Positions 19,628 through 30,143 are shown, counted from the stretch's first letter. The stretch is 64,000 nucleotides of DNA from Candidatus Poribacteria bacterium (GCA_965242965.1 OZ251518.1:4992001-5056000), one strand, 5' to 3'. A program made the numbers and translations. The notes: generated from the letters alone by a model not told the origin.

Positions 19628-22003
19628 CTACCGCTGCCGCTTATCCAACCATTTCACCGAAAAGTGAAGCAAGTTTTCCATCAGTCTCGCATTGGCGGCT
19701 ACGTCTTCTTCGGTTTCGTTTTTGAGGCTGGTGACGATGTAGAGTCCCTGCTGAAACGGCAACAGGAGCAGCGCGGAGGCATCGTTAACGTCGCTTTTCG
19801 CGAGCGATGTCCATTTGCTCAGCGGGTCCAACCACATATCATCAAGACGAATAGGAGCAGATTCGCCACCGGGATGTGTGCCGTTGACAGCGTTCGGGGA
19901 ATGGAAAATGCCGCTCCGCTTGCCGCGCGCTGTCGGCGTTAGTTCATAAGTCTCCTCGCATTCAACGCCGGTGAGAGGTTCGGGGATCCAACCGGTGCCG
20001 CGGCGCTGTTTATAGTTCGCTTTCACGTCCTGTCCGGAGACGATGACTACCCCGCCTTGGCTGACGAAATTCTTGATGCGATGTTCAGCGTCAATAGTGA
20101 GCCGGTAACCGGCTTTGTAGATTTCACCGTTGCCTATCCACAAAATATTGTTCTTCGCGAGTCTGTCAGTCCGTAAATCTTGCACTGCGTTGTAAAGCAG
20201 GTGATGCTCGCGAACGTATTCAAAACTTTCCAGCACCGGGAACTCGGCTGTAGTGCCATTGCCGGTGAGTGCCATGACTTTCAGCGGCAGAGGGGTATGC
20301 ACGTGCGAAGGCATTTTTCGGCGCATTAGGCTAGGTTGTTGCAAAAATTGACGTGCTTTTGCGACGTAACGTTCGCGCTTTTCTTGTCGGCGTAACCCCT
20401 TCCTGTAAACAACGGGTGCAAGAATCGTGTGCTGCGCGGGCTGGCGATGCGTCTGTTCCACCAGCGACGCGAACGTCACTATCCGCGATGCCCGAAATAA
20501 CCGCTGCAGAAGCGGGAATCCGCGGCGCAATGCCGCATCAAAACGCCCGAAAGCACTTTCAACATCCCAACGTCTACCGTAACTGACATCAATAGTCTTG
20601 AGATCGATGCGCTCCTCATTGACGTTAGTGACATATCCGTGAACGACATTCATCCCGTGGACAGGTTTGCCCTCTTTGTCGGTAATAGCGATGTTTTCAG
20701 CATCGCGCCGCGCCAAGATGGCATCGGTAAGCCCAGTCAGACTGAAAAGTTCAGGTTGATACTTCTCCGCACTTTCGACAATCGTGCAGGAGCTGCGCGG
20801 AAAGACGATGTCGGCATCGCGGAAGGAGCGGAACCGGAACCCGATTTTTTTGTAGTGATTCGGATTCAATGGGACACGCACCGCGACCTTCTCAAACGGC
20901 TCCAACCGGCGTGTTGACTGTGATGGCAGGCGCAGTCTTTGCACACTGAAGGCTTGGATATGATACTTAAATTCATAATCCTTCTCCCATTTCGGTGCAT
21001 CGTCTTGGAGGATAATGCGGCCGAGTTGGATGGGATAAGGCGCGTTGTTCTCGAATATCACGTCATAACCCGCTTTATCGTTTCCCGCCATGCGACAGCG
21101 AAGCCCTCTGTCATCGCGGAAGTTCACGCCTTCCACCTTGTGGCCATGCTCACGCATATAGTCCCATTCGTCCTTGTAGCCGTTGTTATCCTTGTCCTTG
21201 ACATCCATCAAGACGATGTGTTTTTCGTTGTAATCCTTGAGGATAGCGGTGTATTCGCCTGCATGGGTTCGGACTTTGACACGGGTGCCGATGAGGCGTT
21301 CGATGAGGCGTTCATAACTTTCCTGCTCCAGATACGCTGTTGATTCATCGCCGAGGCTGCCGAGTCGCTTATCAATGCCTTCCACGCCTTGGTCTTGGAG
21401 GATTTGGTTATAACGTCCCATGCGCGGCTTAACGCTTTGCCGAATGCTCGTCCATGCCATGCTGATTGCGTCTTCAACGGCTCCTCGCAGCGCGATAAAC
21501 GTGTTTCGGATTTTCCTGCCTATCCGATAGATAAGTGGTGGATGATGGACGCGTTCCAACTCCCAAACCCGTTCGCGCAGTTCGCGTTCATTCATCGCAT
21601 CGTGATAACGTATGTATGCGACGATACCCTGGTCGCGTTCGGCATTGGAGAAGATATAACTGGGTGCATGCCCGCGCTGGCGCGATTCTTCGGAGATAAT
21701 TTCAAGCCCGGTGAATTCAAGCCGCATCGTGCCACGGTATCGCCGGCCGTCTTTCATCTCAAAAACGACGTATTTATCCAGCAACTTCTTGAGCAGCGTA
21801 TCCTTTTTAAAGAGTTTTATGAGATACCCGATGCTGGCGACAAGAAACACGATGAGGATGGAAACAACGTAGAGTTGCGCGTTTGCCCAAAGACTTTTCC
21901 CTTGTTTCACTGCTTCATCAACGACGTTCGACTCCTGTCCCATCGCGGTGGGGAGGAGGATAAAGAGTAGCATCCAGAGGGAAATCAGATATTTTCGTCG
22001 CAT
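19628..22003 (-). CDS. Hypothetical membrane-anchored multidomain protein (possible Sm-like folds, C-terminal GATase-like domain)
   Basis: 791-aa ORF with a signal/TM segment plus a second TM; VVFEMKDGRRYRG, IGTRVKVRT..EYTAILKDY, IKNFVSQGGVVIVSGQ. Confidence 0.8.
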   Translation of the reverse strand: MRRKYLISLWMLLFILLPTAMGQESNVVDEAVKQGKSLWANAQLYVVSILIVFLVASIGYLIKLFKKDTLLKKLLDKYVVFEMKDGRRYRGTMRLEFTGLEIISEESRQRGHAPSYIFSNAERDQGIVAYIRYHDAMNERELRERVWELERVHHPPLIYRIGRKIRNTFIALRGAVEDAISMAWTSIRQSVKPRMGRYNQILQDQGVEGIDKRLGSLGDESTAYLEQESYERLIERLIGTRVKVRTHAGEYTAILKDYNEKHIVLMDVKDKDNNGYKDEWDYMREHGHKVEGVNFRDDRGLRCRMAGNDKAGYDVIFENNAPYPIQLGRIILQDDAPKWEKDYEFKYHIQAFSVQRLRLPSQSTRRLEPFEKVAVRVPLNPNHYKKIGFRFRSFRDADIVFPRSSCTIVESAEKYQPELFSLTGLTDAILARRDAENIAITDKEGKPVHGMNVVHGYVTNVNEERIDLKTIDVSYGRRWDVESAFGRFDAALRRGFPLLQRLFRASRIVTFASLVEQTHRQPAQHTILAPVVYRKGLRRQEKRERYVAKARQFLQQPSLMRRKMPSHVHTPLPLKVMALTGNGTTAEFPVLESFEYVREHHLLYNAVQDLRTDRLAKNNILWIGNGEIYKAGYRLTIDAEHRIKNFVSQGGVVIVSGQDVKANYKQRRGTGWIPEPLTGVECEETYELTPTARGKRSGIFHSPNAVNGTHPGGESAPIRLDDMWLDPLSKWTSLAKSDVNDASALLLLPFQQGLYIVTSLKNETEEDVAANARLMENLLHFSVKWLDKRQR

Positions 22004-22055
22004 AGGAAACCTCTTTTGATCTTATGAATGCGCGCGGGGACAGGCCCCTGCGCTA

Positions 22056-22916
22056 TCAATGAATTTGCACGTCGTTTTCGGCGGCAATCCGCCGCACATT
22101 CGCCGCAGCAAGCGGGATTTTCTCCACCGGCAGATGTTCTATCAACCCGTAGCCGTCCGGATACATCATGTCAAACCGTTTTAAGGCGACCCCGAGTTCA
22201 AGTTCGCCTTCACCCGGCACCTCTTCGTCCAAATGGAGGACAAGTCCGTTTTGAACGCGGATGTCCTTGATATGCGCCATCGGCGCGACAGGGCCCATCA
22301 CATCAAAAATGTGGTTGAGCCGCTCCTCGCTGTAATAAACCTGCCGCAATGTCTGGAAATGGTTGACAAAATCCATGACGATGCGGAGCCTATCAGAACC
22401 AACGTGTTCAACGACAGCCCGGCATGTCTCCGGTGAATCCATGATAGATACGGCGTGCGTTTCCATGACAAGCGTGAGCGCGTGGCGTTCCGCCTGTTCG
22501 GCTATCGGTTTGAGTGTTTCAATGAGCCGCGGCATTGATTCAGGCAAATAGTTGTCGCGATGCGATGTCCACGCGCCATCAGGGTTCAGGCTGCCGGGCC
22601 GGAACAGATAATACTGCGCGCCGAGGGCGGCTGCTGTCGGCATGCCGCGCACGACGCTGGTAACGGCGGCTTCGCGAACCGCCGCATCCGGATGAAAGAG
22701 GCACTCATCGTAAGTGATACCGAATTGGACTAAGTCAAGCTGAACCGATGCAAACAATTCGACACATCGTGGCACAGCATCCCTAGAAACGTTCGGGATG
22801 TCCGCGCTGCGAAAATGGAAACTCGCGCCTGTAAAATCTAGTGCCTTGATTTGTGATAGTTCTTCAGCGGTAACGGTGCGGAAGTCGCCGCACATCCCGA
22901 CAATGCCAAGTCTCAT
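22056..22916 (-). CDS. Sugar phosphate isomerase/epimerase (TIM barrel)
   Basis: LVMETH, MDFVN, AHIKD, PGEGEL, LIEH. Confidence 0.9.
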   Translation of the reverse strand: MRLGIVGMCGDFRTVTAEELSQIKALDFTGASFHFRSADIPNVSRDAVPRCVELFASVQLDLVQFGITYDECLFHPDAAVREAAVTSVVRGMPTAAALGAQYYLFRPGSLNPDGAWTSHRDNYLPESMPRLIETLKPIAEQAERHALTLVMETHAVSIMDSPETCRAVVEHVGSDRLRIVMDFVNHFQTLRQVYYSEERLNHIFDVMGPVAPMAHIKDIRVQNGLVLHLDEEVPGEGELELGVALKRFDMMYPDGYGLIEHLPVEKIPLAAANVRRIAAENDVQIH

Positions 22917-22936
22917 TTTTTTGATTCCTAGTAGTT

Positions 22937-23254
22937 GAGGGTGTTTCGTATCTTAATGTTTTCCCGGTAGGAGAGACCTCCTAGTCTCGATGCAATAGGG
23001 CGGTGCGCCTACCGGAGCGGCGGCAAAAAGCCCCTTCATCGTAGGGCGAGGACAGGCCCTCGCCATTGTCCGCGCGCTCCAACGATCGCGGGGGACAGGC
23101 CCCCGCGCTACGATAAAAAACGTCTCTTAGGTCCGTAGGACCTAAAACGCCCCCGCTTGACGATGGCCAACGCGAGGGACAGGCCCCCCGCGCTACGGAA
23201 AAATCGAGATCTGGAGGTCTCTCCTACCGAACACATCGAAATATGAAACCCCTC
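22937..23254. mobile_element. MITE-like element with TIRs enclosing REP hairpins
   Basis: GAGGGTGTTTCGTA ... TATGAAACCCCTC; no clear TSD. Confidence 0.75.
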
Positions 23255-23269
23255 ATATAAGTCTTGTTT

Positions 23270-23704
23270 TCAATCAATTTCCGGCGGATGCTCACCGAGA
23301 GCTCTTAGGGCTCTTCTCAGATTTACCCGCTCAGGACGGTTGAGCTTCAGGGCAGCGACTGTTGCCCTGCCGGTCTGCGTTCGTCCCAGAATCGTTAGAA
23401 AGTTCCCACTCCATGTGAAATGCCGTTTCCATCGCTTTTGTCGCGGGTTAAAGAGCGGAACATCCCTTCCTGTCTGCGGGTCGCGGGCATGAGTTTTGGT
23501 ATGTTTATGCGCGTTGCACCAGGGACATGCCCACGCCAAATTGTCCAATGCCGTTTCACCACCCACTTTTTGAGGGAGAATGTGTTCGCAATGGAAAGAG
23601 GAATTTCCGATATTATCGGGTGCTCGGCAATATTCACAAAATCCCTTGGCGCGTGCCCGCACTTGATAGCGGAGAGAGCGAGACACCCGTTCAGCAAGCA
23701 TCAT
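23270..23704 (-). CDS. HNH endonuclease
   Basis: CEYC, FHCEHILP, GGETALDNLAWACPWCNAHK, LFNPR. Confidence 0.93.
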   Translation of the reverse strand: MMLAERVSRSLRYQVRARAKGFCEYCRAPDNIGNSSFHCEHILPQKVGGETALDNLAWACPWCNAHKHTKTHARDPQTGRDVPLFNPRQKRWKRHFTWSGNFLTILGRTQTGRATVAALKLNRPERVNLRRALRALGEHPPEID

Positions 23705-24011
23705 GTTCTGAGCCCAATCCGAATTCTGTGACAACTTCCCGGACGGTTTTCCCGCGACGTTGCGCCAAGAGGGAAAGCCCCTCAATACGTTTGACGTTCA
23801 GCACCTCCAACTGACGCACGAGCTCTTGATACTCGGTGAGTTCGCTCGGCGATAACGTCTCGGTATCACACTTGCGGCGTAACTGCAAATAACGCCGCTG
23901 TTTTCGTTCGGGCAACCGTGAATTTTCTTGGATAACGGTTAACAGTGATGCCTCCGAAATATCGGAAACCCCCGGAAGCGCGTTGATAGGAATTGTAATG
24001 CTAGCCATCAT
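23691..24011 (-). CDS. Small helical protein overlapping the HNH gene (putative antitoxin-like partner)
   Basis: RBS GGAGG; RYLQLRRKCDTETLSPSELTEYQEL...LAQRRG; overlaps the HNH start. Confidence 0.8.
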   Translation of the reverse strand: MMASITIPINALPGVSDISEASLLTVIQENSRLPERKQRRYLQLRRKCDTETLSPSELTEYQELVRQLEVLNVKRIEGLSLLAQRRGKTVREVVTEFGLGSEHDAC

Positions 24012-24040
24012 TATTCCTCCTTGAGTGACGTAAGTTTAAC

Positions 24041-24323
24041 GAGGGTGTTTCATAAATCGCTCAACGTCGCGGTGACAGGCCCCGCGCTACGGAAAAAACG
24101 CCGCCCCTTCATCGTAGGGCGAGGGGCTGTCCCTCGCCATGCGTTTTGGTGTCAGACTGCATCACCCCTGTAGGTCAGGAGCACCTGATCCTGACCCGTT
24201 CGAGATCGGGAGATCTCGAACTACAGAGGTGGACCCGATGCGCGGCACACACTCGCTTTTCTATCGGTATTCGCCCTCCGCCCAAGGGGGATAAATACCG
24301 AAACGGAGTTATGAAACACACTC
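24041..24323. mobile_element. MITE-like TIR/REP element with a 13-bp target duplication
   Basis: GAGGGTGTTTCATAA ... TTATGAAACACACTC, flanked by ACGTAAGTTTAAC at 24028-24040 and 24324-24336. Confidence 0.88.
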
Positions 24324-24387
24324 ACGTAAGTTTAACAGAAATTCCCGCGCATTGCAAGAAAAGTTGACACAAACAGCGGCATTCAAA

Positions 24388-27300
24388 TTAGCACTGCGCT
24401 AACAGCTGCGTGGCAATCTTGAAATCCGACGTATCCACGCCTTCGGTGAACCAGTCAACTATCGGTTTCAGGAGGACATGGATTTCCTCGGCGGATTTCC
24501 CCTGCGCTTGATACAATTGACTGAAATCGGTAGCCGCCCGTAACTCCCAAGATTTCGCGCCTTGCGCGCGGGCGACAGTCAACGCTTGCTGAAAGTCAGC
24601 CGCCGCCGATGTAAAGTCCCCTTTTGTGCGATACACCCCTCCCCTGCGCCTGTAAAGTTCAGCGAGATAGGCGCGCTCGCCTGTCTTCGTGACAACGTCT
24701 ATCGCCGAATTAAGCGTCTGCAGTGCAGCATCGGGCTGTCCGGCGCGTTCAGACACATCGGACAGTAAGGCGAGGAAGAAAGGCAATTGCACCGCCGCGC
24801 GCATCTCCTTCCACGCCGTGATGCCTTTTCGTATCATCGCTACGCCCTTTTCAGAACAGTGTGTATCCTCCATCGCGAGAGCCCAGCCTTTCATCACGGT
24901 GGCACCAGCCTCCCAGACAGCGAAGCCGTGCTCCTGACATACCTCCAACAAGCGTGTGGCGTAGGCATTGACTTTCTCCACTTCGCCGCGGTACTGGTAA
25001 ATCACCGTTGCGAAATAGAGCCGCACCGCTTCACTGAACGGATGCTTTCGGGCAGAGGAGATTTTCTCTGCCTGCCGAATACGCTGCACGGCTTGTTCAG
25101 GATAGCCGATACCCCACAGCAACGGGGCAGAATAAGAGAGCAGCGTCATTCCCGGGTCGGCGACATAGTGCAAGAAAGCGTGTTGCGGTTGATAGCGCGC
25201 GAGGCCGGCTTCAAGGTGCGCGAGTGCCGTTCTGAATTCGCTTAGATAGTAAAACGTCGCGCCGAGGGCACGGTGTGCTTCTACCTCAAATGCCGCGTTC
25301 TGCTGTTGTTTCGCGATGACGAGGCACTGTTCCCCCAATTCTCGCGCGGAAAGCAACCGTCCGCGAACCAATGTGGAGAGCCACAATCCAAACAGCACGG
25401 GAAACCGCAGATTTTCATATTGGCGTGCTTCCGAAGCCGCGTCCAATCTATCCAATCTATCCAAAAGTTCGCGTGCGCGCGAATAGGCAGTTTCTACTTC
25501 AACAGAGGCATACCCTTTTGTCGCGATAAGCGCGGGACCGAGTGTCGTTTGGAGGACGAGTTCCCGTCCCGCACGTTCCGGGGTTGCAGGTTGCGTTTCA
25601 AGTGCGGCGAGCCCCTGCGTCATAAAGCGAATGCCTTCCACATTGGCAGAACGTTCTAGCGCGCGCTGCCCCGCCTGCTGCCAATAGTCGGCGGCTCTTT
25701 CGGGTAGCCCCGCCTCTGTCCAATGGTGCGCAACCAACTCAGGTTGCGCTTGCGCAATCATCGGGAACACAAGCGTCAATACCGTCGCAATCTGTTCATG
25801 ATAGTGCTGCCGTGTGCTTTTGAGCAGCGACTGATACGCTGTCTCCCGAATCAGCGGATGCCTGAAAGTATAGAGCGTCGCGCCATCACGAGTTTCCTGC
25901 TGATTGAGAATATGTCCCCTTACCAGAGCATCCAACTGCGCCGCTAGCGTCTCAGGCGTTTCAGCGTATCCCATTTGCCGAAGGAGCTGCTGCAGCAATT
26001 CGCCTGTCCACTCACGGCCAAGCGTTGCACCGAGTTGGACGATATTTTTCGCAGGGCCCAGGCTATCCAAACGCGCAGTGAGGAGTGCCTGGAGAGTTGC
26101 AGGAATCTCTATAGAGACTACTGCGACTGGCGATAACTCCTCGGACAGCACCATCCGGGTGAGTTCTTCGACAAACAGCGGCACGCCTTCTGTCATCCGA
26201 ACAATCTGTCTTAATTCGGTTGCAGGCACCTGCGTATCGGCGGTAAGGCTAGCAATCATCTCCTTCACTTGGCCCGGTGTCAAGGGCTTCAGCAGGACGG
26301 TAGTCGTCCATTCGGGAGAGAGGAGCGTATCGAGTGCCTCCCTATCTAGCGCGTAAGGTTGTGTTGCATCTTGCGCCGCAGGGTGGAGAGTGCGGCACGT
26401 GAGCACCGTCAAAATCCGCGCGTTTTCAAGCTGCGCGATGAATAGAGTGAGCCACGCCGTGCTGGACGGATCGATCCAGTGCAAATCTTCAATGATAAAG
26501 AGGAGAGGCGTGTGTTCAGCTACATTGCGGAACACTTGCACGAGGACTTCCAACGTTTGCTGTCGCCGCTGTTCTGGATCGCCGTCAAATGCGGGGGATG
26601 TTCCGGTATCTAGTGATACGTCAAAGAGTTCAGCGAGCAGGTGCCGGTGCTGATTCAGTTCCTCATAGTCACTCAAGAAACTCTCCAATTTCCCCCGTAG
26701 AATTTCGGGTGTATCCGTGCTCGCGAAGTGCAAAAGGCTTTGCTGTAACAACGCCTTAATCGGATAGAGTGGGCTGTTTTGATAATAGGGTGAACCTCGG
26801 CACTCTAGGATGAGCGCGTCGGCATCAACGTATTCCTTCAGCAGTTGCACGCATCGCGATTTCCCAATGCCTGCCTCACCTTCAATGAGGATAACCTGGC
26901 CTTGCCCGTTGACGCTTTGCTGCCAGCGTTGCTTAAGGAGTTCCACTTCCTGTTCCCGGCCGATGAAAGGCGTTAACCCACTCTCGCGTGCGACATCCAA
27001 TCGGCTTTGGAGCGGAGTTTCGCCGGAGACTTCGTAGAGCTCCACCGGCTGTGAAATGCCCCGGAGCGTGGAAGTGCCGAGTGATTCGCAGGTAAAAAAC
27101 CCTTGGACGAGTTGATGCGTCGTTGCCCCAATGACGATGCTGTTCGGGGCCGCCAAGTTTTGCACCTTCGCGGCGAGGTTCGGGGCTTGCCCGACAATAT
27201 CTATGGGCTCCGGTGCATCTTCGCCTGTCATCTGCCACACAACGACGAGCCCTGTTTCGATGCTGAGACGCGCCCGGATTTCTACACCGAAAGTCGCGTG

Positions 27301-27705
27301 AAGATAGGGGTTGAGCGTGTCTATGGCGGCCACGATTCCCAATGCCGCTCTGACAGCACGATGTGCCGCATCTTCGTGGGCAATCGGGTAACCAAAGTAG
27401 ACAAGGATACCGTCCCCGAAATAACGGGCGATGTGCCCCTCTTGCGCCAGCACCACTTCCATGACGCACGCGCGATACGCCGTTAACAGGTTGCGGAGTT
27501 CCTCGGGGTCTAACTGTTCGTTGAACGCCGTGGAATTGACAATATCACAGAAGAGAACAGTGAGCTGCCTGCGTTCCGCCTCTCCTGTCTGAGGAGCGGC
27601 AATCGCTTTCGCCGGTTGTTCGACAGGTGCTAGCGGACTCCCGCATTCGCCACAAAATTTGAACGGTGGATTGACAAAGCCGCAATTGGCGCATCTTGTG
27701 CTCAT
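24388..27705 (-). CDS. Class III adenylate/guanylate cyclase-AAA ATPase-TPR protein with N-terminal Zn ribbons
   Basis: CANC/FCGECG, AERRQLTVLFCDIVNST, YFGDG, Walker A GEAGIGKS, IEDLHWID, TEGVPLFVEE, TPR tail AKSWELRAA. Confidence 0.93.
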   Translation of the reverse strand: MSTRCANCGFVNPPFKFCGECGSPLAPVEQPAKAIAAPQTGEAERRQLTVLFCDIVNSTAFNEQLDPEELRNLLTAYRACVMEVVLAQEGHIARYFGDGILVYFGYPIAHEDAAHRAVRAALGIVAAIDTLNPYLHATFGVEIRARLSIETGLVVVWQMTGEDAPEPIDIVGQAPNLAAKVQNLAAPNSIVIGATTHQLVQGFFTCESLGTSTLRGISQPVELYEVSGETPLQSRLDVARESGLTPFIGREQEVELLKQRWQQSVNGQGQVILIEGEAGIGKSRCVQLLKEYVDADALILECRGSPYYQNSPLYPIKALLQQSLLHFASTDTPEILRGKLESFLSDYEELNQHRHLLAELFDVSLDTGTSPAFDGDPEQRRQQTLEVLVQVFRNVAEHTPLLFIIEDLHWIDPSSTAWLTLFIAQLENARILTVLTCRTLHPAAQDATQPYALDREALDTLLSPEWTTTVLLKPLTPGQVKEMIASLTADTQVPATELRQIVRMTEGVPLFVEELTRMVLSEELSPVAVVSIEIPATLQALLTARLDSLGPAKNIVQLGATLGREWTGELLQQLLRQMGYAETPETLAAQLDALVRGHILNQQETRDGATLYTFRHPLIRETAYQSLLKSTRQHYHEQIATVLTLVFPMIAQAQPELVAHHWTEAGLPERAADYWQQAGQRALERSANVEGIRFMTQGLAALETQPATPERAGRELVLQTTLGPALIATKGYASVEVETAYSRARELLDRLDRLDAASEARQYENLRFPVLFGLWLSTLVRGRLLSARELGEQCLVIAKQQQNAAFEVEAHRALGATFYYLSEFRTALAHLEAGLARYQPQHAFLHYVADPGMTLLSYSAPLLWGIGYPEQAVQRIRQAEKISSARKHPFSEAVRLYFATVIYQYRGEVEKVNAYATRLLEVCQEHGFAVWEAGATVMKGWALAMEDTHCSEKGVAMIRKGITAWKEMRAAVQLPFFLALLSDVSERAGQPDAALQTLNSAIDVVTKTGERAYLAELYRRRGGVYRTKGDFTSAAADFQQALTVARAQGAKSWELRAATDFSQLYQAQGKSAEEIHVLLKPIVDWFTEGVDTSDFKIATQLLAQC

Positions 27706-27820
27706 GTTGCTATTTTCCAAATCCTTATCCTTCACCGGCACCGGTAGACGCGGTTTCACTTCTCACGGTTTTGGGCGCACGGTTGCAAGCCGTGCGCACC
27801 AGATTCGTGCTGCGTCCAGC

Positions 27821-28537
27821 CTATTTTTTGAACTGATTCAGATATTCCTCAAGTTCTGCATCACGCGGGTCGAGTTTATATGCCTCTTGGTAGAAATCAA
27901 CCGCTTTGTCTGTCCTGCCGACTTTCATGTAAAAAGAACCGAGGTTGCGATAGGCGACACTATGCGTCGGTTTCAGATCCAAGGCGCGCAAATAGTGGTC
28001 CCGTGCCTTCAGCAGATAGTCTTTCGTCTGCCCGAGCAGGATATTAAGGGAGATTTCATTCTCCCACCGTTCTTGATAGACTTCACCGCCGCGCGCCTTC
28101 GCTTCTTCCACTAGCGCGCTCGCGATGGCCGCCTTACGCGTTTTGAGGTGAATGATGCCGGAGCCGGTCTGCTCAAAGGCAGCATGGAGTTCAGCAAGCG
28201 CGGCCTCAACGGAACTACCGAGGATATCTTTCTGCCACGAGGGCCACTCCGGTCCGGCGAACTCAATTCCCTGCTCGTAGTAGACTGCCCCGAGGTCATT
28301 GTAAACTTCGGCGTTTTCGGGGCGCATCTTGAGAGCCTCGGTGTAAAGTTCAATGGCTTGCGTATACTTGCCGGCGTTGAAAGCGTCCTGTGCATCGGAG
28401 CGGAGCTGCTTGAACTCCTCGCTCTCTAAGTTAACAGCGATGCCGAGTTCTGGTTTATCTCTGCCGAAAAAATAGATGCCGCCGATGAACAAAATGGCGA
28501 TGCAGACAGCGATGAGTGTCGGTAATTGCAATTTCAT
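27821..28537 (-). CDS. Membrane-anchored TPR protein
   Basis: N-terminal TM; AEVYNDLG and VAYRNLG TPR repeats. Confidence 0.88.
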   Translation of the reverse strand: MKLQLPTLIAVCIAILFIGGIYFFGRDKPELGIAVNLESEEFKQLRSDAQDAFNAGKYTQAIELYTEALKMRPENAEVYNDLGAVYYEQGIEFAGPEWPSWQKDILGSSVEAALAELHAAFEQTGSGIIHLKTRKAAIASALVEEAKARGGEVYQERWENEISLNILLGQTKDYLLKARDHYLRALDLKPTHSVAYRNLGSFYMKVGRTDKAVDFYQEAYKLDPRDAELEEYLNQFKK

Positions 28538-28657
28538 TTTCCTAATTCCCTTTTCTATCAGAACGGACGCGGCATGCCTCATTGCCACCGGTAGGCGCGC
28601 CTTCCGCGCGTTTTGCGTCCATTCTATTATTTCTCAATAGGTTTGATGACGAAACAC

Positions 28658-30067
28658 CTATCTCCGTCGATAGTTGCGATTAAAAGTGACGACAAGGGTT
28701 TGCTGTTCCCCATTCCGTTCAAAATAGAGTCGAATCCTGCGTTGTGAGCGAATTTGCTTGTCTAGCCGCTTAAACATCTCAAGCGAGTGAATTTTCCTGT
28801 CCCCAATCTGATAGAGAAAATCGCCGCGCTGCAGCGCGTCCGCCAATCCACTGTTTTTGTCAACGTTAGTAATGATAATCCCCGGCTGTTGATACTGCCT
28901 TGCGAGTGCTAAGTCGGGTTGCTCCAGTGTGAGTCCCCAGCCCCTAGGTTTCCAGTGAAACTGCCGATTTTTCAAGTGCAATGTGGTTTGCCGCGTTTTT
29001 CCCTTTCGGATGAGTTCACACGGGATATCTTGGTTAAGTGGGAGCAGGCGCGCTATCGCCTGAAAACTGCCTTCGTCGCGGATGCGATGTCCTGAAATCG
29101 TGAGGAGAACATCGCCGCGCTGGATGCCCGCCTTCGCCGCTGGGCTCCGCTTTTCTACTGCCGATACCAGAACGCCAACCGCTCCTGACACAGCCGCATT
29201 CTCCAAGAGTTTTTCTGCCAATTCCTCCGTTACAGATTGGACTTCTATGCCAACGTGCGGCGGAATTACGGTGCCGTGATTAGTAATTTGCTGGATAACC
29301 TTTTTCGCCTTGTTGGCAGGAATGGCGAATCCGATGCCTTGCGAACCCCCGCTCGTTGAGCGAATAGCGGTGTTGATACCGATGAGTTTCCCGTGCATAT
29401 TGACAAGCGCGCCGCCGCTGTTGCCCGGATTAATGGACGCGTCTGTCTGAATCAGGTTTTCATGGAACCTGTTGTCAATAGTCAGCGTCCGTTGCGTTGC
29501 ACTGATAATCCCAATCGTCACCGTCGGTTGCGCGTCGCCACTCGCCAATCTAAATGGATTGCCAATGGCGACGGCCCACTCGCCGATGAGCAGATTATCG
29601 GAATCGCCCCACTCAATCGGTTGGAGTGGTTGGAGCGGCGTGCTTCGCCTGCTTTTGTCTATCGGGACAGCGTCAATTTCTAACACCGCCAGGTCGGACA
29701 GGTAGTCGTAGCCGAGCAGGGATGCCTCAAATTCACGTCCATCGGAGACAGCGACTCGGATGCTATCGGCATCTTCGATAACGTGGTGGTTCGTCAAGAT
29801 GGTTTTTTCATCAATCACGATGCCGGAGCCTACCTCCCGCAAAGTGCGCCGCCGCGGATAGCGCGTCATCTCTTGCCAGAGAAACCACTCGTCAAAGTAG
29901 GTTTGTTGTTCAACAACGGAAGTCGCACTGATGTTAACAACGGCGGGACTCGCGCGCTCAACTGCGTTGACGATGGTGGTTCGCCGCGAGGCGGCAAGAT
30001 CTGCCCGCGCCACTCCCGAAGCGAACCAAACAAGCAACAGAGAGAGGAGTGCTATAATTTTTTTCAT
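28658..30067 (-). CDS. HtrA/DegP-family serine protease with PDZ domains
   Basis: Signal peptide, LTNHHV, DLAVL, IQTDASINPGNSGG, PDZ segments. Confidence 0.95.
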   Translation of the reverse strand: MKKIIALLSLLLVWFASGVARADLAASRRTTIVNAVERASPAVVNISATSVVEQQTYFDEWFLWQEMTRYPRRRTLREVGSGIVIDEKTILTNHHVIEDADSIRVAVSDGREFEASLLGYDYLSDLAVLEIDAVPIDKSRRSTPLQPLQPIEWGDSDNLLIGEWAVAIGNPFRLASGDAQPTVTIGIISATQRTLTIDNRFHENLIQTDASINPGNSGGALVNMHGKLIGINTAIRSTSGGSQGIGFAIPANKAKKVIQQITNHGTVIPPHVGIEVQSVTEELAEKLLENAAVSGAVGVLVSAVEKRSPAAKAGIQRGDVLLTISGHRIRDEGSFQAIARLLPLNQDIPCELIRKGKTRQTTLHLKNRQFHWKPRGWGLTLEQPDLALARQYQQPGIIITNVDKNSGLADALQRGDFLYQIGDRKIHSLEMFKRLDKQIRSQRRIRLYFERNGEQQTLVVTFNRNYRRR

Positions 30068-30143
30068 AAGCCTTCGCTTGAAATCGTGCTGTTATGCCAA
30101 AGCGAACCAGTCTCTGCAATGCGAAACTGAATCCCTCTGGTTG

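Noticed and set aside
22928-23263. Target-site duplication around element 22937-23254
   Set aside because: The flanks (CTAGTAGTT / ATATAAGTC) do not match convincingly.
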